A DNA stretch of 64,000 bases from Alphaproteobacteria bacterium (lineage in GTDB: Bacteria; Pseudomonadota; Alphaproteobacteria; JABAAW01): NCBI GenBank assembly GCA_965216625.1, contig OZ244186.1:1795912-1859911 (forward strand), read 5' to 3'. Positions 19,991 to 30,375 of the stretch are shown here, in pieces. The notes beneath the pieces were generated by a model. That model had not been told where the DNA came from. It saw only the letters and a list, made by a program, of their open reading frames with translations, and made no database searches. Position 1 is the stretch's first letter, and each line of letters starts with the position of its first letter. The position numbers were made by a program, and so were the translations under genes.

Positions 19991-20602
19991 GGGGGAAACG
20001 CTTATAGAGAAGGGAGAAACGAGGATTGCGCTTGAGTTACAATATGCCTATCTTTGCGCGCGGTTTCAAGGGGGCTTGCGTAGTTTAATTGACGGAACTT
20101 GCTATGGATAAACGGATGCAAAACAAACGTGCGGTTGCGCGATGTGGGGTGAGCGTGTTTGCCTCTGCTTGCTTGCGCTTTTTTGATTAATTTTAATAGG
20201 TAGCGGCAGTGTCCCAAAAAACGAGACTCGCGCTTTGACGAGTAAACGAGCGCACGCGAAGCGTGCGCGGGGGTGTGGGGAGGCTTTGCCCCCCCGCAAA
20301 AGACCCCGCGTCAGCGGAGCGCGTAAGCGCTTTTTTGATTAATTTTAACAGGTAGCGGTAGTGTCCCAAAAAACGGGACTCGCGCATTGACGAGTAAACG
20401 AGCGCACGCGAAGCGTGCGCTCGTTTACGCGTCAATGCGCGAGTCCCGTTTTTTGGGACACTGCCGCTACCTGTTAAAATTAATCAAAAAAGCGCAAGCA
20501 AGCAGAGGCAGACACGCTCAACCCACATCGCGCAAGCGCGCGCTCGTTTACTCGTCAATGCGCGAGTCCCGTTTTTTGGGACACTACCGCTATCTGTTAA
20601 AA
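19991..20602. repeat. Repeat complex with nested inverted repeats, including a ~168-bp near-perfect palindrome (20329-20494)
   Basis: The arms 'gcgcttttttgattaattttaacaggtagcggtagtgtcccaaaaaacgggactcgcgcattgacgagtaaacgagcgcacgcg' and its reverse complement flank a central 'aa' and carry only two mismatches. Half-copies flank the palindrome at 20160-20280 and 20500-20600. Confidence 0.9.
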
Positions 20603-22255
20603 TTAATCAACAGGTAGTAGTAGATTGCGTTCCTCAATGTCCGCAAACCTCACGCGCGGCAACTCCTCCCCCTCCTCCCCCGAAAGCCCCCGCGCATACC
20701 CCCCCTCAACCACAATGCCAAAACTCGGTACAACACACACCTCCCCACCACTCCAAAAAGAAGGCAACACCTCCCGCACACGCCACGGCAACTTCTCAAA
20801 CCGAGCAAACTCCCGCTCAAGTCGAACATCCTTTTTCATCGCAAGAGCTCGCCCAATACTACGGCGCAACCCCACAACCCCCGCACGCCCCAAAGCCTCG
20901 CAAGTCCAACCCACAAAAGAGACAGCGCAAGCAGAAGGAGTATCTCTGCGCGAAGAAATAGACGGAGAAATAGGCGAAGAGATAGAGATAAGAAAACGTC
21001 CGTCCCAAAGCCTTTCCCGCAACAAGCCATCCCCCATCGAAAGAACTTCGATGCGCAACGCCGAGCGCGTCGCAAAGAAAACATCCCCCCTAGCAAACAA
21101 CAAGCAACGACCGAGCGAAAAAACAGCAGATTCTTTTCTCTCCCTTTCCGCCTTACCCGCATCGCGCAGAAACTTTTCTAAACACTCTCGCCACACCCCG
21201 CCAACCCGTCGCACCTCCCTCGTGCGCACCCCCCTGCCTCCGACCGAGCGCGCCATATTCGCAAGCACCCTGAGCGCAACCCCCCCCTCCAACGCCAAGA
21301 ACGCCCCGCTCTCGACGCAAATGTAACCATCAGCATAACTATCAGCGTGCAAAAACAGATTCGAGCTCGCTTGCACCTGCATAAAATCTCGCACCGCCTT
21401 CTCCAACGCCTCCTCCTCCGTTTGCAGCGCAACACACCGCGCGAGCAAACTTGCCTGCTCCGCTTGCGACAAACCCGCGCAGATAGGACGCAAGCGGTTG
21501 CGCGCATAACACGGCTGTAAGTTCGACGGATCCTCCAACCACGCTACTCCTTTATCTTGTCCTCTGCCTTGTCTCGCACCAAGTCTCTTTTTTGGCTCTC
21601 TTTCTCGTAGCCATGTTTGCAGCGATGCCTTCGATGCTTGCAACAGAGGGCGCAACAACAATACCTCTCGACACTCCCCTTGTCCTCGTCCCCCTCCCTG
21701 CTTATGCGCTCGCACACGGCGAAATTCGCGCATGCCGCCGCGACCGCGCAACAACCCCGCCTCCTGCAGCATGTGCGTTTCGAGTTGGTCGTCGCGCGTA
21801 TGTCCCAACGCCAAACAGCCAACCTCGTTCTCCAAGCACCAGTCCAAAAACTTGCGCAAGCGAAACAGACGCATGTTCTGTTGCAGGTTTCCCCTGTACG
21901 AGCCCAAAGGCACCTCAGGCGCGAAAACAAACGCAGCAAGCCCGAAGTCGTCCTCTAGCCTCCGCTTCAAGGCTTCACACTCGCTTGTGCTTGACGCGCG
22001 TTGCCGATGGTCGCAGATCAACGCGGCGACAAAGCTGGCGGGATGTTGCGCTACCTGCTGCATCCAATCTTGGCACAACAACAGCAAGGCGAGCGAATCG
22101 CTTCCCCCCGAACAGGCAACGGCAAGCCGTCGCGGCACGCCAATCTGCAAGGGATTTTCCAACCCCTTCTGCAAACCCTTTTCAAAAACTTTCTCTAACG
22201 ATCGCGCAAGAATCTCCGACGGGGCTTGCTGAGAGGAGGAATGTTGGAACAGCAT
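20603..22255 (-). CDS. tilS: tRNA(Ile)-lysidine synthetase TilS
   Basis: The PP-loop 'LAVACSGGSDSLALL' is present and it sits upstream of ftsH, a conserved synteny. The N-terminus was trimmed to avoid overlap with cpoB, so the start is uncertain. Confidence 0.8.
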   Translation of the reverse strand: MLFQHSSSQQAPSEILARSLEKVFEKGLQKGLENPLQIGVPRRLAVACSGGSDSLALLLLCQDWMQQVAQHPASFVAALICDHRQRASSTSECEALKRRLEDDFGLAAFVFAPEVPLGSYRGNLQQNMRLFRLRKFLDWCLENEVGCLALGHTRDDQLETHMLQEAGLLRGRGGMREFRRVRAHKQGGGRGQGECREVLLLRPLLQASKASLQTWLREREPKKRLGARQGRGQDKGVAWLEDPSNLQPCYARNRLRPICAGLSQAEQASLLARCVALQTEEEALEKAVRDFMQVQASSNLFLHADSYADGYICVESGAFLALEGGVALRVLANMARSVGGRGVRTREVRRVGGVWRECLEKFLRDAGKAERERKESAVFSLGRCLLFARGDVFFATRSALRIEVLSMGDGLLRERLWDGRFLISISSPISPSISSRRDTPSACAVSFVGWTCEALGRAGVVGLRRSIGRALAMKKDVRLEREFARFEKLPWRVREVLPSFWSGGEVCVVPSFGIVVEGGYARGLSGEEGEELPRVRFADIEERNLLLPVD

Positions 22256-22314
22256 CGGCTCTGCTCGAAAGCCCTCCTCGAGTGGGTTAGTTTTGTCGAG
22301 GCTCGATGAGGAGG

Positions 22315-23190
22315 TCAGAAGCTGCCGCAGCTGTTTGCGGCAAGCTCCGCTTCGGCGAGTTTCGTCATGTCGGCGTCTTTGTCGCCGAATCGTTTTTGGT
22401 ACTCGCGTAAGACTCGACAAGCCTGCTCGCCTTTCTTGAGCTTTGCCAACACCTGCCCGAGTCGCAACAACAAGCGGGGCGCGAAAGGGCTGCTGCGATT
22501 TTTTTTGTAGCCCTCCAAGAAAGTCTTCATCGCCATCTTGTCGTCTTGCAAGACGGCGTAGCTTTCGCCCAAGTAAAAGAGGGCTTCCGCAGCACGCGGA
22601 TCGTTCGGATAACTAGAAGCGAAATCGCCGAACGCGCGCGCGGCATCTTCCACCTTGCGCATCCGTAGCAGGTCTTGCGCGGCGGAGAATTGTTCGTCGG
22701 CAGAGCGTCCGTCTGCGCCCCTTCTTCCCTCTCCCGCGTCGTCGGAGCCTGCGCCAACACCCGCCCCCGTACCATAGCGTTCGAGTTGTTCGACTCGTCC
22801 GGTCAAATCAGCGAGCGTCCTTTCCAGAACGCGCATGCGCTCCTGCATCTGTGCTACGAAAGAAAGCCAACTTTCGCTCTGCAACAGATCGGCAGAGTCT
22901 TGCTTTTGCATGCCTCCCATACTGCCGAGATCCTTCGACAACATCTCGATCTGCGCCTGCAACGAATCGATGCGTTCCTGTAACGCCGCGTCGTTTTCTT
23001 TCCCGCCATTGTGCGGATCTTGTGTTTGCGCTTGCGCTTGCATTTGCCACAGCATCGCGAAGATGACAGCAAGGCCGAGCAAAAACGCACGCCCGCCCGA
23101 TGCCACACGACACCGAGCGAAGACACTTTTCCGCCCGCTCGCCCGTCTGCTTGCGTCCTCGAATCTCGTAGAAAGATTCTTCACGCACAC
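22315..23190 (-). CDS. cpoB: Tol-Pal system protein CpoB/YbgF
   Basis: A signal/transmembrane segment, a coiled-coil and C-terminal TPR repeats ('AEALFYLGESYAVLQDDKMAMKTF') are present. Position downstream of pal is conserved. Confidence 0.75.
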   Translation of the reverse strand: MCVKNLSTRFEDASRRASGRKSVFARCRVASGGRAFLLGLAVIFAMLWQMQAQAQTQDPHNGGKENDAALQERIDSLQAQIEMLSKDLGSMGGMQKQDSADLLQSESWLSFVAQMQERMRVLERTLADLTGRVEQLERYGTGAGVGAGSDDAGEGRRGADGRSADEQFSAAQDLLRMRKVEDAARAFGDFASSYPNDPRAAEALFYLGESYAVLQDDKMAMKTFLEGYKKNRSSPFAPRLLLRLGQVLAKLKKGEQACRVLREYQKRFGDKDADMTKLAEAELAANSCGSF

Positions 23191-23306
23191 AAGGTTGAGT
23201 TTTTGTTTTTTCTCAAGCTCTACTCTGTCTTAGCACCTTGCCTTGCGTTCGAAACATTTTCCGAAACGTTTGGCAAAGCGCAAAGAACAGAGAAGATCAG
23301 AGCAAC

Positions 23307-23807
23307 CTACTTGGTGGTAACGACGACATCACGACGGTTTTTTGCCCATGCCGCTTCGCTACTTTCGGCAACAGCAGGACATTCTTCGCCGTAGCTGATG
23401 GTGCTGATACGCGAGGCATCAACGCCTGTTGAGATCAAACGCGACTTCAGAGTTTCGGCACGTCGTTCGCCCAAAGCCAAGTTGTACTCGCGCGTGCCGC
23501 GTTCGTCGGCGTTGCCTTCGATACGAATGCTCGCCGTTTTGTTTTTGTTCAAGACCTTAGCTTGCGCTTCGGAGACAATCATGCCTTCGGGTTGCAGATC
23601 GGCTTGATCCAAATCAAAATAGACACGATCGCCAGCCTTCGCCAAGCCCTCGATGATTCTTTTGCTGCCTTCGACCTTTGCGCCGCAGCTGTCAGCGTTC
23701 ATCATCATGGCCTCGCCTTCATCCGCAACCGCTTTGCCGCCGCCGCAACCCGCCGAGAAAGCTACCGCCAAAAGAGCGACAAGTCCCATGGAACCTTGAT
23801 TAATCAT
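23307..23807 (-). CDS. pal: Peptidoglycan-associated lipoprotein Pal (OmpA-family domain)
   Basis: A lipobox 'AFSAGC' precedes an OmpA-like domain ('IRIEGNADERGTREYNLALGERRAETLK'). Confidence 0.9.
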   Translation of the reverse strand: MINQGSMGLVALLAVAFSAGCGGGKAVADEGEAMMMNADSCGAKVEGSKRIIEGLAKAGDRVYFDLDQADLQPEGMIVSEAQAKVLNKNKTASIRIEGNADERGTREYNLALGERRAETLKSRLISTGVDASRISTISYGEECPAVAESSEAAWAKNRRDVVVTTK

Positions 23808-24019
23808 ATTGGTTCTCCTTTTTGTATTGTGTAATTTCGAGAACACGCATCAAGGCTGCCTTTTGGGCAACTTTGTTGCAACTTTGCTCTACTCTGGGAT
23901 AATTCCCCATTTCGCTACTAAGCTACAAGGCGATTCGCCGCGAGTCAAGACTCCATAGGAAAAAGTTTAGAGAAAAGGGAAAAGAGCGGACAGATGCCGA
24001 ATGTGTTTTTTAACACTAA

Positions 24020-24040
24020 TTGACACATCCGCCTTGACAC
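24020..24040 (+). promoter_or_regulatory. Tandem 'TTGACAC' direct repeats (14-bp period) upstream of pstS; candidate -35 region or PhoB-type site
   Basis: 'TTGACACatccgccTTGACACa' lies about 70-100 nt upstream of the pstS start. A second 11-bp-period direct repeat 'gcaactttgttgcaactttgc' is at 23867-23887. Confidence 0.3.
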
Positions 24041-24108
24041 AAGGAAGAATCCCATGTTGCACTAGACATGATATGGAGATGCCTTGTTGCAACCCACAAT
24101 ATCTATCG

Positions 24109-25191
24109 ATGAGGATGGTCATGCTTTTCCGTAGAAAATTATTTTGTCGTCTTGTGGTGTTTGCGTCTGCGCTTATTGCTTTCGAGCTTGTTTTTGTGTC
24201 TTCGGCTTTGGCGCGCGATCGTCTTTCGATCGTTGGCTCTTCGACGGTTTTTCCTTTCGCGACGGTCGTAGCCGAGCGTTTCAGCCTTTCGCAAGGGGTT
24301 TCGCCGCCGGTCGTGGAAGCGACAGGCACAGGCGGCGGCTTCAAACTATTTTGCAAAGGCATAGGCGCGAACACGCCCGACATCACCAACGCGAGCGCGC
24401 GTATGAAGGTCTCGCAACTAGAGCTCTGTCGCAAGAACGGCGTTGCCAAGGTCATCGAGGTCGCCATCGGCTACGACGGCATCGTCGTCGCGCAGTCGCG
24501 CAAAGGCAAACCCTTTGCGCTCACCTTGCCCACGCTCTACAAGGCGTTGGCGCGTCAAGTGCCAGACAAGGCAGGCAAGCTTATCGACAATCCTCACAAG
24601 ACATGGCGCGACATCGCCCCCGCCTTGCCCGCGCTCAAGATAGAAGTGCTAGGCCCGCCGCCTACATCAGGCACGCGCACCGCCTTCGTCGAGACCGTCA
24701 TGGACAGAGGCGCGCGCGCATTTCCCAGCTTGGCGCGGCTACGCGCAAGCGACAAACAAGCATTCAAACGGATTGCCTATGCCCTGCGCGAAGACGGTGC
24801 CTACATCGACAGCGGCGAGAACGACAATCTGATCATCCAAAAATTGCGCCGCAATCCGAACGCGCTCGGCATTTTCGGCTTTAGTTTTCTTGAACAAAAT
24901 CGCGGCATACTCAGAGGGCTCGCCATCGACGCAGTCCCCCCGACCTTCGAGAATATCGCGGATGGAAGCTATCCCGTCGCGCGTTCCTTGTACTTCTATG
25001 TCAAGGCGGCGCACTTGGAAACATCTCCGACGCTGCAAGGCTATGTCGACATGTTCCTTGCCGACGACACCATGGGCGAAGAAGGCTTTCTGCTCGACGA
25101 GGGCTTGATCCCCCTCGAAGCGCAAGAGATCGCGCGCGTGCGCAAGGACATCGCGTCGCGTCGCGCTGTCGAAGCGCAACATTTGCGCTAA
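24109..25191 (+). CDS. pstS: Phosphate ABC transporter substrate-binding protein PstS
   Basis: A signal peptide and the PBP superfamily pattern 'LSIVGSSTVFPFATVVAERF' are present, and it heads a pstCAB-phoU operon. The start was refined to the signal-peptide Met. Confidence 0.85.
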   Translation: MRMVMLFRRKLFCRLVVFASALIAFELVFVSSALARDRLSIVGSSTVFPFATVVAERFSLSQGVSPPVVEATGTGGGFKLFCKGIGANTPDITNASARMKVSQLELCRKNGVAKVIEVAIGYDGIVVAQSRKGKPFALTLPTLYKALARQVPDKAGKLIDNPHKTWRDIAPALPALKIEVLGPPPTSGTRTAFVETVMDRGARAFPSLARLRASDKQAFKRIAYALREDGAYIDSGENDNLIIQKLRRNPNALGIFGFSFLEQNRGILRGLAIDAVPPTFENIADGSYPVARSLYFYVKAAHLETSPTLQGYVDMFLADDTMGEEGFLLDEGLIPLEAQEIARVRKDIASRRAVEAQHLR

Positions 25192-25225
25192 TAAAGCCAA
25201 AGGTCGTGCAACTTCCTCGCTCAAG

Positions 25226-26470
25226 ATGCTTTCGAGCCTAGCGACCATCGTAGCCCTCGCAGGGCTTGCGTTCGGCTTGTACACCTTCGCTCGGCTGCGA
25301 GCAAGCGCCCAAGCAAGCACACCCTCAAGCGTCAGCATCAGACGCGATGCCTACAGCTTTCCCGCCGCCAGTCTGACGATGGGATGCTTGGTGGGAATTG
25401 GGAGTTTTATCCTCCTGTTCTCGCCATGGGTTTTGTCTTTGTCTTTTTCTTTAGCTGCGGTTGCGCTATCCCCGTTCGTCCTTGTGGGGCTGTGCGCGCT
25501 GCTCGCCGCGTGCGGGGGTTTCGCCTTCGTGCGCTTCGCTCCGCCGACCTTTCCCGCGCGCGCCTTCGTCGAGACGGTCTTTCGTATCCTGCTGTTTTTC
25601 TCCTCGTTGCTCGCCATCGCAACGACGCTCGCCATCGTCGCCTCGCTTTTGTTTGAGACGCTGCGCTTCTTCGACGAAGTGCCGATTGCCGACTTCCTGT
25701 TCGGCTTGCACTGGAGCCCGCAGACCGCGCTGTTCGACGAGGATATTGGCGCATCGGGTGCCTTCGGCGCGCTGCCCGTCTTACTGGGAACGCTGCTGAT
25801 TACGGCGATCGCTCTTTTTGTCGCTGTGCCTGTAGGTCTTTTTTCTGCGATCTACCTCGTCGAGTTTGCAAGCCGCCGCACGCGCGCCATCGTCAAGCCT
25901 ATGCTGGAAGTTCTCTCTGGTATTCCTACGGTCGTCTACGGTTTTTTTGCAGCCTTGGTGCTTGCGCCCGCGGTGCGCAACCTTGGCGAATCGCTGGGGT
26001 TGAGCGTTGCCAGCGAGAGCGCGCTCGCGGCGGGGTTGGTGATGGGCGTGATGTTGATCCCCTTCGTCTCGTCGCTCTCCGACGATGCCTTGGCTGCCGT
26101 GCCGCAGGATTTGCGCCACGCATCGCTCGCCTTGGGGGCGACGCGCAGCGAGACGATCGCCAAGGCGGTCTTGCCCGCAGCCCTGCCTGGGGTTGCGGCG
26201 GGCGTGTTGCTCGCTTTCTCGCGTGCGGTGGGCGAGACCATGATCGTCGTGATGGCGGCGGGATTGGCTGCCAAGCTCACGATCAATCCTCTCGACGCTC
26301 CCACCACCATCACCGTGCAGATCGTGACCTTGCTGACCGGCGATCAGGAGTTCGACAGCAGCAAGACCCTTTCTGCCTTCGCGCTGGGCATGCTGCTGTT
26401 CTGCCTCACCCTTGTTATCAACGCCACAGCCTTGATGGCGACGCGACGCTACGGCGCACGCTACGTATGA
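25226..26470 (+). CDS. pstC: Phosphate ABC transporter permease PstC
   Basis: It is polytopic with an ABC-permease EAA-like loop, and its stop overlaps the pstA start. Confidence 0.9.
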   Translation: MLSSLATIVALAGLAFGLYTFARLRASAQASTPSSVSIRRDAYSFPAASLTMGCLVGIGSFILLFSPWVLSLSFSLAAVALSPFVLVGLCALLAACGGFAFVRFAPPTFPARAFVETVFRILLFFSSLLAIATTLAIVASLLFETLRFFDEVPIADFLFGLHWSPQTALFDEDIGASGAFGALPVLLGTLLITAIALFVAVPVGLFSAIYLVEFASRRTRAIVKPMLEVLSGIPTVVYGFFAALVLAPAVRNLGESLGLSVASESALAAGLVMGVMLIPFVSSLSDDALAAVPQDLRHASLALGATRSETIAKAVLPAALPGVAAGVLLAFSRAVGETMIVVMAAGLAAKLTINPLDAPTTITVQIVTLLTGDQEFDSSKTLSAFALGMLLFCLTLVINATALMATRRYGARYV

Positions 26471-27768
26471 TTATTAAAATGATTCCTAAACACACGCCAG
26501 AGTCTCGGCTTCGTCGCCGCTATCGTGCGGAGTGGCGTTATCGTTTCTACGGCAAGGCTGCGATCGCGTTTGCCGTGTGCTTCTTGGCTTTCTTCTTTGT
26601 CGCAATCGTCTCGCGCGCCTTGCCTGCCTTCTCGCAGTACGAGGTGTTGTTGAGCGTGCACTTGTCGGGAGAAATCAAAGAAGAACGAGACGCACGCCGC
26701 CTGCTCGACGCTGCCCTTGCGCTAGAGCTGGGAGGAGCTGCTACGAGCTCACGCGAAAGGCGAGCGCGCCGTGCGCTGCTGACTCCGCTTGCTACCCTCG
26801 ATCTGACACGAAAGTTGAAACAGCGCGAGATGGGTGAAAGCATCGCCTCTTCTTCCTCTATCTCCTCTTTTGCGTTTTCCTTCGCGCTTTCCTCTGACAG
26901 CGAGCGTTTTCTCGGCGCGCAAAAAAGCAATAGCAATAGCGATGAGGCTGGCGACGAGGCTGCTTATGCCGCCTTGACGCTCGTGCAGCAGGAAGCGCTG
27001 GCGATGTTGGATGCGAGGGGGCTTGTGTCGCGGCATTTCAACCTCGCCTTCTTCACGCATAGCGACAGTCGAGTTCCTTCGGCGGCGGGCATTCGCGGCG
27101 CGATGCTTGGCTCTTTATGGGCGCTGCTGACCGCCTTCGTGCTCGCTTTTCCTCTTGGGCTGCTGACCGCCATTCATTTGGAAGAGTTCGCGCGGCGCAA
27201 CCGTTTCAGTGCGCTCATCGAGGTCGCCATCTACAACCTCGCCGCTGTCCCTTCGATCGTCTTCGGCTTGCTGGGGCTGGTCGTCTTTCTGAACTGGTGG
27301 GAGCTGCCACGCTCGGCATCGCTGACGGGAGGATTGGTGCTAGCCCTTATGACCTTGCCGACCATCGTCGTCACCGCCCGCAGCGCGCTCAAAGCCGTTC
27401 CTGATGGAATCCGCAACGCAGGGCTCGCGCTCGGCGCATCGCACAGCCAAACCGTCCTCCACCATGTCCTGCCACAAGCCATGCCAGGAATTCTCACCGG
27501 TGCTATCATCGGCATGGCAAGGGCGCTGGGAGAAACCGCGCCGCTGCTGATGATCGGCATGGTCGCCTTCATCGCCCAAGCTCCCTCAACCCCCCTCGAC
27601 CCCGCAACAGCCCTCCCCGTGCAAATCTTCCTGTGGGCAGACCATCCCGATCCCGCCTTCTCGTCGCGCGCCGCCGCCGCTATTCTCGTCATGCTACTTT
27701 TTCTTGTTGCCATGAACGCAACCGCCGTCTTGCTCAGGCAAGCATTTGAGCGAAAACGACAACAATAA
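26467..27768 (+). CDS. pstA: Phosphate ABC transporter permease PstA
   Basis: It is polytopic with a large periplasmic loop and a conserved C-terminal permease core ('[10 protein letters not shown]...[16 protein letters not shown]'). Confidence 0.9.
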   Translation: MIIKMIPKHTPESRLRRRYRAEWRYRFYGKAAIAFAVCFLAFFFVAIVSRALPAFSQYEVLLSVHLSGEIKEERDARRLLDAALALELGGAATSSRERRARRALLTPLATLDLTRKLKQREMGESIASSSSISSFAFSFALSSDSERFLGAQKSNSNSDEAGDEAAYAALTLVQQEALAMLDARGLVSRHFNLAFFTHSDSRVPSAAGIRGAMLGSLWALLTAFVLAFPLGLLTAIHLEEFARRNRFSALIEVAIYNLAAVPSIVFGLLGLVVFLNWWELPRSASLTGGLVLALMTLPTIVVTARSALKAVPDGIRNAGLALGASHSQTVLHHVLPQAMPGILTGAIIGMARALGETAPLLMIGMVAFIAQAPSTPLDPATALPVQIFLWADHPDPAFSSRAAAAILVMLLFLVAMNATAVLLRQAFERKRQQ

Positions 27769-27779
27769 ACCCGTCTACC

Positions 27780-28616
27780 ATGAAAAAACCTGCAACCAAA
27801 CCCGCGTCTCTCGCTCCTCCTGCGCCCTCCGCTCCTTCGGCTACCTCTGCGCGCGAGCCAAAACAACGCGCTAAAATTCGCGCTCGCGCCGTCAATGTCT
27901 ATTACGGCGAGAAGCAGGCGTTGTTCCAAGTCGCGCTCGACGTACCGCGCAAGCAGGTGACAGCTCTCATCGGCCCTTCGGGCTGCGGAAAGTCTACCTT
28001 CCTGCGCTGTATCAACCGCATGAACGATGTCATCGAGGGTTGCCGTGTCGAGGGCGAGATCGCCATCGACGGCGACGATGTCGCCACGCTCGATCCCGTC
28101 GCCTTGCGCGCGCGTATCGGCATGGTCTTCCAAAAGCCGAATCCGTTTCCCAAGTCGATCTACGACAATGTCGCATACGGCGTGCGGATTCACGCGCTCG
28201 CGCACAACAAGCAACAAACCGACGAGATCGTCCAGCAAAGCCTCGTGCGCGCAGGGCTTGCAAAAGAGGTCGCTTGTCGGTTGCACGAGCCGGCAACCGC
28301 CCTATCAGGAGGACAGCAACAACGCCTCTGCATCGCGCGCGCCATCGCCTTGCAGCCCGACATCATCCTCATGGACGAACCTTGCTCTGCGCTCGATCCG
28401 ATCGCCACCGCGCGCATCGAAAATCTGCTCGCAGAGCTCTCGCAAAACTACACGATCGTCATCGTCACGCACTCCATGCAGCAGGCGGCGCGCGTCTCGC
28501 AGCGCACGGTGTTTTTTCACTTGGGACGCGTGGTAGAATCGGGCGAAACAACCCAAATCTTCACAAAACCTCGACGCAAACAAACCGAACGCTACATCAC
28601 AGGAAGAATCGGCTAA
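27780..28616 (+). CDS. pstB: Phosphate import ATP-binding protein PstB
   Basis: Walker A 'GPSGCGKST', signature '[14 protein letters not shown]' and Walker B '[12 protein letters not shown]' are present. Confidence 0.95.
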   Translation: MKKPATKPASLAPPAPSAPSATSAREPKQRAKIRARAVNVYYGEKQALFQVALDVPRKQVTALIGPSGCGKSTFLRCINRMNDVIEGCRVEGEIAIDGDDVATLDPVALRARIGMVFQKPNPFPKSIYDNVAYGVRIHALAHNKQQTDEIVQQSLVRAGLAKEVACRLHEPATALSGGQQQRLCIARAIALQPDIILMDEPCSALDPIATARIENLLAELSQNYTIVIVTHSMQQAARVSQRTVFFHLGRVVESGETTQIFTKPRRKQTERYITGRIG

Positions 28617-28631
28617 TTAGAGAATTCTCCC

Positions 28632-29438
28632 ATGTCAGACGATCCGCAACATATCAACCACACCTTCGACGAAGAGTTAGAAAAGCTCAACGGCATGCTC
28701 TTGCGCATGGGCTCGTTGGTCGCTCAGCAGCTGGACGCCGCCACCGCCACCTTTTCGCTCGGACAAGCGTCGAAGCAGGGCGGCAAGCCCGCGCCAAACC
28801 CCACTGAGCTTATGGACGAGATCGCTCAACGCGAGAAAGCCTTGAACGACTTGGAGCGACGCGTGCAGAAGTTCGCCGTCAACCTCGCCGCGCTCAGACA
28901 GCCGATGGCGAGCGATCTGCGCACCATCATCGTCGCCATGAAGGTGAGCGACGCTTTCGAGGCGGTCGGAGATCATTGTACCAGTATCGCCGAGAGGGGA
29001 CGCTCGTTGGCGCATTCGCCCTATCGAGAGAAGTTCGGCGATGTCGACAAGCTGCGCGTGAGTGCCGCGCAAATGCTGCAAGGGGCGATCGAATGCTGCA
29101 GGGTGTGGGATGCGACGCTTGCGCTGGAGGTGTGGCAGAAGGATCGGCGAATCAATGCCTTGCACGATTCGTTGCTGAAAGATTTTTCTCTGTTCATGGC
29201 GAAGAAGCCCGAATCGATCGCCTCGGTCGTCGATTTCCTCTCTGCGGTCAAGTATTTTGAGCGATTCGGCGACCGTCTGAAGTCGATCGTCGAGGCTTTG
29301 CACTACGCAGCCGAAGGTGAAATCTTTGCTCCTCCTCCCTTGAAACAAGGCACAACAAAAACAAGCACAACAAAAGCAGGCGCGCGAGCCAACAAAAAAA
29401 CTTCGCCGACACCTTCGCGCACAACAACTTCGCCTTGA
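28632..29438 (+). CDS. phoU: Phosphate signalling complex protein PhoU
   Basis: Two PhoU repeats with 'D..E..GD' metal-binding-like motifs follow pstB, with an extended C-terminal tail. Confidence 0.85.
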   Translation: MSDDPQHINHTFDEELEKLNGMLLRMGSLVAQQLDAATATFSLGQASKQGGKPAPNPTELMDEIAQREKALNDLERRVQKFAVNLAALRQPMASDLRTIIVAMKVSDAFEAVGDHCTSIAERGRSLAHSPYREKFGDVDKLRVSAAQMLQGAIECCRVWDATLALEVWQKDRRINALHDSLLKDFSLFMAKKPESIASVVDFLSAVKYFERFGDRLKSIVEALHYAAEGEIFAPPPLKQGTTKTSTTKAGARANKKTSPTPSRTTTSP

Positions 29439-30292
29439 CGACGCTGCTCGTCTTGGGCGGTAGTGCGTCTGCGCGGCGCGCTACCGACGCGCTCACGGCG
29501 CGCCTTGAGGCGGAAAATCTCCAAGTGCGAATCGTCTATTCGCTGGCAGGGGTGACACGCTCGCCGCGTCTGCCGAGCGGCAAGGTCGAGGTGCGTAGCG
29601 GCGGCTTCGGTGGCCGGCAAGGATTGCAAAGCTGGCTGCAAGACAACAAGGTCGAGGTGCTTGTCGATGCCACCCATCCCTTCGCAGAACAAATCTCCGC
29701 GAACGCACGCCACGCAGCGCGCGCCTTGAGCCTCCCGCTGTTTCGTCTGCTACAGCCTCCTTTTCCGCGTATTCACACAAAAAAACGCTTCACGCTCTTC
29801 TACAACAAAACCTTGCCTCGCCAAAATATGATTCGTTTTCTCGCCTCCTTGCCCTCGTCGTACCGACGCTCTGTGCTTTGCGCGCTAGGAGCTGAGCGAA
29901 TCGTCTCGCTCGGCAAACACTTGCCCGCCCGCCGCCTGCTTTTGCGCTCCTTCGCCTCGCCCTCGAAACTTCGCCGCCTGCGTCTGCAAAACCTACGCCT
30001 GCGCCGCGCGCGCTGTTTGCATTTCTGCACGATGCCACCCGCCTCGGCGCAAAGCGTTCGACAAGAGATGCGCTGGATGAAACGCCAAGGTGTCTCGATG
30101 TTGGTCTGTCGCGACAGCGGTGCACGCGAGGCTTTCGCGAAAATTGTCGCTGCGCAAAAATTGTCGCTGCCCGTCGTCTTGTTGGCTCGTCCTCCCTCTC
30201 CGCAAGACAAGTTTTTTGTGCCAACGCTAACATGTCGAGACTTGTCGCCCGTCGTTCGACTTTTGCAACAGCCATCCTCACGCTCGTCTTGA
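29435..30292 (+). CDS. cobK: Precorrin-6A/cobalt-precorrin-6A reductase (CobK/CbiJ)
   Basis: 'LLVLGGSASAR...VRSGGFGGRQGLQSWL...VLVDATHPFAEQIS' matches CobK. The start overlaps the phoU stop (ATGA). Confidence 0.8.
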   Translation: MTTLLVLGGSASARRATDALTARLEAENLQVRIVYSLAGVTRSPRLPSGKVEVRSGGFGGRQGLQSWLQDNKVEVLVDATHPFAEQISANARHAARALSLPLFRLLQPPFPRIHTKKRFTLFYNKTLPRQNMIRFLASLPSSYRRSVLCALGAERIVSLGKHLPARRLLLRSFASPSKLRRLRLQNLRLRRARCLHFCTMPPASAQSVRQEMRWMKRQGVSMLVCRDSGAREAFAKIVAAQKLSLPVVLLARPPSPQDKFFVPTLTCRDLSPVVRLLQQPSSRSS

Positions 30293-30375
30293 GGGCGTTC
30301 TTGACGCGGGCGCGCTTGCTTCGCTATGGTGGCGGTTGTGAGGGAGCATCGAATTTTTGGCAAGGAGGAGGTTTT

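Noticed and set aside
30232-30375. N-terminal 48 aa of ORF 30232..30672 (MSRLVARRST...)
   Set aside because: It overlaps the cobK 3' end. IHF-beta homology starts at the in-frame GTG at 30376.
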